Shown: in pieces, positions 25,320-32,000 of the stretch
Layout: each line of letters opens with the position of its first letter
Position numbering within the stretch: the first letter of the stretch is position 1
NCBI GenBank assembly: GCA_023474025.1
Contig: JAMCYH010000136.1
Span: forward strand, 27,025-59,024
Source of the DNA: Deltaproteobacteria bacterium
GTDB lineage: Bacteria > Desulfobacterota > Desulfomonilia > Desulfomonilales > Desulfomonilaceae
Reading direction: 5' to 3'
DNA length: 32,000 nt
Position numbers and translations under genes: made by a program
The notes under the pieces: generated by a model
What the model was told of the DNA's origin: nothing
The model's database searches: none
What the model saw: the letters and a program-made list of their open reading frames with translations, nothing else

Positions 25320-27967
25320 TCAAAACTACCAACCTCGGAAATGATCTATTTTTACTTATGGTCAATCTAACCCAAGTCAAAGACCGGGAGAGGATTGTCC
25401 AGCTTTTCACCGGGGCCATTTCGAACATATTTCCCGAATTGGAATTCTCATTTACCACTGACGGGGAACAGCCCAACCATTCTGTAAGCGTTGCTACATC
25501 ACGTAGAAAATTCGGCAGGATAAAAATTAAAGGACCATGGGATTCACTAAGTGAAGATGTTATGGCCCTGATCAGAAACGCTGGCAGAATGTTGGGGCTA
25601 ATTCTGGAGAATCGCTTCCAGGAAGAAGATCTGATTAGTGAAAAAAACCGTCTGGAAATCGCTGTTGCGTCTAGGATCGCTGAGCTTGTTCGCTTGAACG
25701 AGGACCTCCAAAAACAGATGAGAGAAAGACAAAACGCTGAAAAAACACTTCAGGACAAAACCGAAGAACTTGAACATTACTTCACGAGAAGTCTTGACCT
25801 TCTCTGCATTGCTGATACAGATGGATATTTTCGGCGCCTTAATCCTGAATGGCAGAAAACATTAGGGTATGATCTTGCCGAACTTGAGGGTAAAAAATTT
25901 CTTGATTTCGTCCACCCTGATGACGTCGAAAAAACGTTAGACGCAATCGCCAGATTGAGAGCACAAGAATCGGTCGTGGGTTTCGAGAACCGCTACATGT
26001 GCAGGGATGGCTCTTACCGTTGGATTGAATGGCGCTCCTATCCAAAGGGGACAGCCATCTACGCGGTAGCACGCGACATCACAAAACGCAAATTGACCGA
26101 GCAGGCTCTGAGAGAAAGTGAGGAACGATTCCGGCTGCTTGCCGATGGGAGTTTTGAGGGTGTGATGATAACCAGCGATAATACGATCCTAGATGCCAAT
26201 CGCACATTTTGCGAAACATTTGGCTACAAACTTGAAGAGCTTACTGGCTTGGACATACGCAATCTGATTGCCCCCGAATTTGTTGAAACAACTATTTCCC
26301 AACGACGTTCAGGCAGAGAAGAAACCTATGAGTCACTATTTCTCTCCAGGGACGGCCGAGACATTCCTGTTCACCTAAAGACCAAATTGATACCGTACCC
26401 GGAAATTGCTGCTCGGATTACTTCGGTTCGTGACATTTCAAAAACAATCAAAGCCCAGGAAGTTCAAAAACGTTTGGCAACAGCCATCGAGCAAGCAATG
26501 GAAACTGTTATCATTACTGATTCAGAAGGGATCATCCAATATGTCAATCCCGTTTCAGAGAGAATCACGGGTTACGCGTCCAAAGAACTAATTGGTAAGA
26601 CTCCTGGACTAATGAAAAGCGGTAAGCACGATTCAGCCTTTTACAGAGAGCTTTGGGACACCATAAAGTCAGGAAATACATGGTCTGGAAGATTGATCAA
26701 CAAAAGGAAGGATGGTAGCCTGTTCCATGAGGAAGCTACGATTTCTCCAGTGCGTAACGCGTCCGGAGAAATCACAAATTTTGTCGCCGTTAAAAGAGAT
26801 ATAACGCAACATCTGGAAATTTCGAAACAGTTGTTCCAGGCTCAGAAAATGGAGGCCATCGCAATTTTGGCCGGAGGCATCGCTCATGATTTTAATAATC
26901 TTCTGACAATAATAAGAGGCTACTCCGAATTTTTACTCGCTGATGAGCCGAAGGACTCACCTACAGAAAAGGGGCTGGAAGCGATTCTTCACGCTGCAAC
27001 CCGTGGCGCTGATTTGGTAAAACATATTCTTGCGTTCGGGAAAAAGCTTGATACAGCCTTGCGACCTACAAACCTCAACAACGAAGTTCAAAAGGTCCGT
27101 ACTCTGCTTTCCAGAACAATCCCCAAAATGATATCGCTTGAATTTGATCTTGTTGATGATCCATGGACGGTTAATGCGGACTCTTCGCAAATTGAACAAG
27201 CTCTGCTCAATCTTGTCCTCAATTTGAAGGACGCAATGCCTGAACAAGGCGGTGAGATAGTTATTACCACCAATAATGTCATCCTCGACAGCGAATACGC
27301 CCTAACCCACCCTGGCGTCAACCCTAGCCCATACGTGCAAATGGCAGTCTCAGATAACGGTTCAGGAATCGAACAGGAAGTCATGGACCGGATTTTTGAG
27401 CCATTCTTCACCACCAAGAAACAGGGAAAGGGAACCGGTCTAGGATTAGCCATGGTTTTCGGAATAGTTGACTCCCACGGTGGCCACATTGACTGTCACA
27501 GCATCCCGGGTAACGGGACTACATTCGGCCTTTATTTTCCAGCGCTGGAAACCGGAGAGCCGGTGAATGAACAAATCCCGGTTCAAGATGTTGGCTCAGG
27601 TAACGAAACGATACTCGTTGTAGATGACGAGCGATTCATTCTAGACTTTGCAGGCAGTGTTTTGTCAAAGGCAGGTTATAACATCCTTACGGCATCTAAT
27701 GGGAAGCAGGCCCTGGAAGTGTACACAAAACATCCTGGCAAGGTAGACTTAGTAATCCTGGATCTAATGATGCCGATTATGGGTGGAAGAGAGTGCTTAA
27801 AGGAATTACTCAAAATCGACCCAAACGCTAAGATTGTAATTGCCACGGGCCATGCTCGTTACGCAAATGATACGGAATCAGGGGCCCGTCTCGAAGAAGC
27901 GGTGATATCCAAACCGTTCAGAGTAGGAAAACTTCTCGAAATAGTCAGAAAAATCCTCGACACTTAG
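25316..27967 (+). CDS. Cytoplasmic hybrid sensor histidine kinase (N-terminal domain, coiled coil, 3x PAS, HisKA, HATPase_c, REC)
   Basis: Three PAS modules are visible (e.g. YFRRLNPEWQKTLGY, ILDANRTFCETFGY, IQYVNPVSERITGY). H-box IAHDFNNLL, ATPase boxes DNGSGI and GTGLGLAMV, and a receiver (ILVVDDE...LVILDLMMPIMGG). The start is a TTG at 25316 overlapping the MEDS stop. No TM segment. Confidence 0.9.
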   Translation: MIKTTNLGNDLFLLMVNLTQVKDRERIVQLFTGAISNIFPELEFSFTTDGEQPNHSVSVATSRRKFGRIKIKGPWDSLSEDVMALIRNAGRMLGLILENRFQEEDLISEKNRLEIAVASRIAELVRLNEDLQKQMRERQNAEKTLQDKTEELEHYFTRSLDLLCIADTDGYFRRLNPEWQKTLGYDLAELEGKKFLDFVHPDDVEKTLDAIARLRAQESVVGFENRYMCRDGSYRWIEWRSYPKGTAIYAVARDITKRKLTEQALRESEERFRLLADGSFEGVMITSDNTILDANRTFCETFGYKLEELTGLDIRNLIAPEFVETTISQRRSGREETYESLFLSRDGRDIPVHLKTKLIPYPEIAARITSVRDISKTIKAQEVQKRLATAIEQAMETVIITDSEGIIQYVNPVSERITGYASKELIGKTPGLMKSGKHDSAFYRELWDTIKSGNTWSGRLINKRKDGSLFHEEATISPVRNASGEITNFVAVKRDITQHLEISKQLFQAQKMEAIAILAGGIAHDFNNLLTIIRGYSEFLLADEPKDSPTEKGLEAILHAATRGADLVKHILAFGKKLDTALRPTNLNNEVQKVRTLLSRTIPKMISLEFDLVDDPWTVNADSSQIEQALLNLVLNLKDAMPEQGGEIVITTNNVILDSEYALTHPGVNPSPYVQMAVSDNGSGIEQEVMDRIFEPFFTTKKQGKGTGLGLAMVFGIVDSHGGHIDCHSIPGNGTTFGLYFPALETGEPVNEQIPVQDVGSGNETILVVDDERFILDFAGSVLSKAGYNILTASNGKQALEVYTKHPGKVDLVILDLMMPIMGGRECLKELLKIDPNAKIVIATGHARYANDTESGARLEEAVISKPFRVGKLLEIVRKILDT

Positions 27968-27983
27968 CTACATCTTTCTATTT

Positions 27984-28011
27984 GTGACCCCCATTGCGAA
28001 AAAGGGGGCAC
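27984..28011. terminator. Hairpin between the convergent kinase and ptxD genes (possible bidirectional terminator)
   Basis: GTGACCCCC (27984-27992) pairs with GGGGGCAC (28004-28011) around an 11-nt A-rich loop. No clear U-tract on either side, so its function is uncertain. Confidence 0.35.
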
Positions 28012-28045
28012 TACTTCAAGCAACCCCTATAAATAGTCCCGCTGT

Positions 28046-29068
28046 TTATATGTGATTACTATGTCCTACTTGTCTGCCGGCAATATCATTGATAGCCCCG
28101 GTTGGCCTTTTGCCTTGAAACGCCTGCAAGATGTTGCGAGCAGCTTCCATCTCAATTTCCAGACGGACGTGATCTACGGCGGACCCGAGATGAGGTGTGA
28201 AAAGAGTGGCGCTCGTCATCCTTATCAGAGCGTCAGGAACATTCTGGGGTCTATCGGGCTTGGCCCAATCTTCCGTTTCAAATACATCCGCAGCGTAACC
28301 TGCTAGTTTTCCTGACGATAACGCGGAGATGACTGCATTTTCGTCTACGACCGAACCACGACACATGTTCACCAGAAACGCTCCCTTTTTAATTTTCTCA
28401 AGGGCTCCGTGATCTATTAGATGAAAGGTGGCACAAGTCAAGGGTACCGCCAAAATGACAAAATCGCTCTGAGAAAGCACCAGATCCAAAGGACAGAGAT
28501 TCATACCCCAAGGGACTTCTTTTTGGTCTGTTACGGGTACAGGGTCGGTATAACTGATCGACATGTCAAATATTGACAGTCTTTTTGCGATAGCCTGACC
28601 CAAAGCGCCCATGCCGACTATCCCCAGATGGCTTCCCGACAATCCCTTGCCATAAAGCTTCGGCCGCCATCCGTTGAAACGACCAGTTCTCATAAAACGA
28701 TCACCCTCCGAAATGTTTCGACTTAATCCAATCAGAAGCCCCACAGCCAATTCAGCTGTGGGAATAGTCAGAAGGTCGGGAATCGTTGTGAACCAGACGC
28801 CTCGTCGTGTACAGCTCTCGACGTCGAAATTGTCGTAACCTTTGAGGGCAGCAGCAACAATTTTGAGATTCGGACAAAGCTGGAGGAAACTATCGTCTAC
28901 CCGGTCGGACATGAAAACCATGATTCCATCAGCATTTTTCGCTCGACGCAAAATCTCGTCGCTTCCCAATGTGACCAGCGAACTGCTGGGGATGACCTCG
29001 CATTGCTGTCCTAGAAGTTCAATAATCTCCCGATGCACTGGTTGAGTAATTACCACCTTTGGTTTCAT
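28046..29068 (-). CDS. ptxD: NAD-dependent phosphite (phosphonate) dehydrogenase, D-2-hydroxyacid dehydrogenase superfamily
   Basis: Collinear along its whole length with Pseudomonas stutzeri PtxD as I recall it: KPKVVIT..VH.EI..LL, ALKGYDNFDVESCTRRGVW, IPDLLTIPTAELAVGL, GIVGMGALGQAIAKRL, CRGSVVDE, GYAADVFETEDWAKPDRP and TPHLGSAV. It is the last gene of a phnCDE-like operon, as in ptxABCD. Confidence 0.85.
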   Translation of the reverse strand: MKPKVVITQPVHREIIELLGQQCEVIPSSSLVTLGSDEILRRAKNADGIMVFMSDRVDDSFLQLCPNLKIVAAALKGYDNFDVESCTRRGVWFTTIPDLLTIPTAELAVGLLIGLSRNISEGDRFMRTGRFNGWRPKLYGKGLSGSHLGIVGMGALGQAIAKRLSIFDMSISYTDPVPVTDQKEVPWGMNLCPLDLVLSQSDFVILAVPLTCATFHLIDHGALEKIKKGAFLVNMCRGSVVDENAVISALSSGKLAGYAADVFETEDWAKPDRPQNVPDALIRMTSATLFTPHLGSAVDHVRLEIEMEAARNILQAFQGKRPTGAINDIAGRQVGHSNHI

Positions 29069-29085
29069 GTTTTTGCCCTTGTGGC

Positions 29086-29883
29086 CTATTGGAAGCGCCG
29101 CCTCAAGAAGGCGCCAAAGCTATCGACCAAAGTAACCATGAGCAGAATGACGATCAGAATGGCCGACACTTCCCGATACTGCATTAATCTTAGAGCGCCT
29201 ATTAATTCGAAACCAATGCCTCCAGCCCCTACCATGCCCATAACTGTGGAAGCCCTGAAATTGTATTCCCAACGATATATTGAAACATCAGCAACCTGTG
29301 ACAAGATCTGGGGTAAAACCCCGTGCAGGATAACCTGTATGGGCCTTCCACCTACGGCCTTAACCGCCTCTACAGGCTCTCTGCTGACGTGCTCTGTCGC
29401 TTCCGCAAAGAACTTTCCCACCATACCCACTGAATGCAACCCAAGGGCCAACACCCCAGGTAGAGAACCGAAGCCCACTGCTGCGACAAAGATTATCCCC
29501 ATTATCAACTCCGGGACGGAGCGTAGTCCGTTTAAAACGGCTCGGCTGACGATATATACGAAGGGATGCGGCGATGTATTGCGGGCGCTGAGCAAACCCA
29601 ATGGCAGCGAAAAAACCACTGCTATTGCGGTCCCTGCCACGCTCATGGCCAAAGTGTCCAAAAGTGGCTTGATCCAATGCCGTACTTCAGTAAAATCCGG
29701 TGGCAGACTTTCTATAATTAAACCGGATATCGCCGGGACACCCTCCAACAAACGTTTCTCGTCCATTAGGCCTACATAATAAAAGCATGCCACTATGACA
29801 GGAACCAGCAGGACCAACCGTAGAGCCATTTGGTTCCAGTCACGTTGTTGAGCCCGTAATATTAGTTCGTACTTTTCGTTCAT
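29086..29883 (-). CDS. ptxC: Phosphonate/phosphite ABC transporter permease (PhnE/PtxC family)
   Basis: PhnE-type signature EAVKAVGGRPIQVILHGVLPQI...YRWEYNFRASTVMGMVGAGGIGFEL, with six predicted TM helices. Confidence 0.85.
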   Translation of the reverse strand: MNEKYELILRAQQRDWNQMALRLVLLVPVIVACFYYVGLMDEKRLLEGVPAISGLIIESLPPDFTEVRHWIKPLLDTLAMSVAGTAIAVVFSLPLGLLSARNTSPHPFVYIVSRAVLNGLRSVPELIMGIIFVAAVGFGSLPGVLALGLHSVGMVGKFFAEATEHVSREPVEAVKAVGGRPIQVILHGVLPQILSQVADVSIYRWEYNFRASTVMGMVGAGGIGFELIGALRLMQYREVSAILIVILLMVTLVDSFGAFLRRRFQ

Positions 29884-29904
29884 ATGAATTTTTAATTAAA
29901 ACAT

Positions 29905-30780
<876 letters not shown>

Positions 30781-30855
30781 TCATTATTTTGTACAGAGTA
30801 CGCCCACACACACGGCAAAGCTTGTGGCCGGAACATCACCCCTGACTCTTTGGAA

Positions 30856-31620
30856 TCAGGCGGCCAGCGGAGCCCTAATTCTTTCATGCCGGTAAATCCT
30901 TTTGAGCATTTCCGATGATAAATGATTAGGACTTCCATCGAAGATGACGGCCCCATTCGATAATCCTATTATTCGGCTTGCGTACTTCTTGGCCAGCTCC
31001 ACTTGATGGAGACTCACGATCACAGGGATGTGGTCCTCAATCGATATTTTGTAAAGTTGTGAGAGCACGTTTTCCGCTGTACCAGGATCGAGACTTGCCA
31101 CAGGTTCGTCAGCAAGAATGAGTTGAGGCCTCTGGGCGAGCGCTCTAGCGATCCCTACCCGCTGTTGCTCCCCACCACTCAGCCTGTCCACCCTTTCCAG
31201 AGCCTTGTCCAGAAGCCCTGTCCGATCGAGACATTCCAATGCAAAAAGTTGTTCGTGCCTTGGCAACGGGAACAGGCTTCTGAACGAACCATAATTCCCA
31301 AGGCATCCAACCATTACGTTTTTCAGGGCGCTGTACCGTGTTAATAACTGATGCCGTTGGAATATCATGGCTGTGCGACATCTAAATTGGCGCATCCTTC
31401 GACGGTTCCTATCTAACTTTCCCATTCCTTCGACTTCGATTTTACCGCTCGTAGGACGGTTAAGGAAGTTGATACAACGCAGCAATGTGGATTTCCCAGC
31501 GCCAGATGGCCCGATTAACGCCGCGAAATCCGCCTTATGGAACTTGAGCGTCGTCCGCCGAAGTCCCACCACTCCACTCGGATAACAGAACTCTACTTCT
31601 TTTAATTCGATCATGTACAC
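30856..31620 (-). CDS. ptxA: Phosphonate/phosphite ABC transporter ATP-binding protein (PhnC/PtxA family)
   Basis: Walker A GPSGAGKST, signature LSGGEQQRVGIARA and Walker B LILADEPVASLD. The ATG at 31614 is a likelier start than the GTG at 31620. Confidence 0.85.
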   Translation of the reverse strand: MYMIELKEVEFCYPSGVVGLRRTTLKFHKADFAALIGPSGAGKSTLLRCINFLNRPTSGKIEVEGMGKLDRNRRRMRQFRCRTAMIFQRHQLLTRYSALKNVMVGCLGNYGSFRSLFPLPRHEQLFALECLDRTGLLDKALERVDRLSGGEQQRVGIARALAQRPQLILADEPVASLDPGTAENVLSQLYKISIEDHIPVIVSLHQVELAKKYASRIIGLSNGAVIFDGSPNHLSSEMLKRIYRHERIRAPLAA

Positions 31621-32000
31621 CCCATATTCGGCTTCCAGAGTCTCCGATTTTCCCGCAATGTTTAGGTCATATAGAGCTGTTGGAATATTAGATGGTCATT
31701 AGGTAGGAATTAAAAATGTGTTAACTTGTAGGATGCTCCTCGACCTATTCGATCACATCCGGCCTAAAACCTGGCATGATGAGGATTTAGAGATGTGAAA
31801 CAAATTGAATTAACCATTTCTAAACAATCATAAAATAAAAATAGAACAAATTGAGGGGATTCTTGTAATGCTGTAATCAATATCAGTCTGGACGTATTAT
31901 GGATTTAGGCACTGGACAGGGCAGTGAAAGAGGGAATTATGTTGAGGTTCGGGCCGACCAGAGGAAGTCCTCCCATTCAATAATAAAAAGGACGGCATGG

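Noticed and set aside
29033-29779. 248-aa ORF on the + strand
   Set aside because: It is antisense to the PhnE/PtxC permease, which has clear family motifs. Its translation is Pro/Thr/Arg-rich with no recognisable domain. It is a shadow ORF.
31665-31699. Two GGTCAT hexamers as a possible Pho box upstream of ptxA
   Set aside because: They are 29 bp apart rather than phased at 11 or 22 bp, match the enteric CTGTCAT half-site only partially, and point away from ptxA.
31946-31955. GGTTCGGGCC, a T-loop-like string hinting at a tRNA near the window end
   Set aside because: The flanking bases do not form a T-stem, acceptor stem or D-arm. No cloverleaf can be drawn.

Overview
The window is about 32 kb of ordinary-looking chromosomal DNA, roughly 90% coding. 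I found no rRNA, tRNA, CRISPR array, transposase, integrase or phage gene. Gene content suggests an anaerobic sulfur/hydrogen-metabolising bacterium, possibly Desulfobacterota-like, but the taxon is inference only.

Contents from left to right:
1. 1-5621 (+): a respiratory and sulfur-handling cluster. It holds a 5'-truncated PsrA-like molybdopterin oxidoreductase, a 4Fe-4S subunit, an NrfD/PsrC membrane subunit and an unknown single-pass membrane protein. These are followed by two half-size YeeE/YedE sulfur-transport proteins, a small secreted protein ending in Cys, and a Rieske plus cytochrome b6-type pair. The pair has no subunit IV and no c-type cytochrome beside it.
2. 5616-7677 (-): a PAS hybrid histidine kinase broken by two 1-nt frameshifts.
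3. 7942-14871: housekeeping-type genes. These are a YyaL/DUF255 thioredoxin-domain protein, transketolase, an orphan 189-aa protein, a TPR protein and a nitroreductase.
4. 14882-21420: scattered MacAB/Lol-like efflux parts. An adaptor plus ATPase has no permease of its own, a plsC-type acyltransferase sits on the opposite strand, and an 840-aa double-FtsX permease has its own ATPase.
5. 21483-23331 (-): a tightly overlapped ykgJ-hypB-unknown secreted protein operon, with no hypA or hydrogenase nearby.
6. 23677-27967 (+): a small TM2-like protein, a SHOCT protein, a frameshifted MEDS sensor domain and an 883-aa triple-PAS hybrid kinase.
7. 28046-31620 (-): a ptxABCD-type phosphite uptake and phosphite dehydrogenase operon.

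The leads most worth follow-up are:
- the truncated Rieske/b6 module;
- the secreted C-terminal-Cys peptide sitting where YeeD normally sits next to YeeE;
- the orphan hypB operon next to an ABC exporter;
- the ptx operon;
- frame disruptions that occur only in sensor-kinase genes, while 8-9 nt homopolymers elsewhere stay in frame.

All family assignments come from motifs read by eye. No database search was possible.
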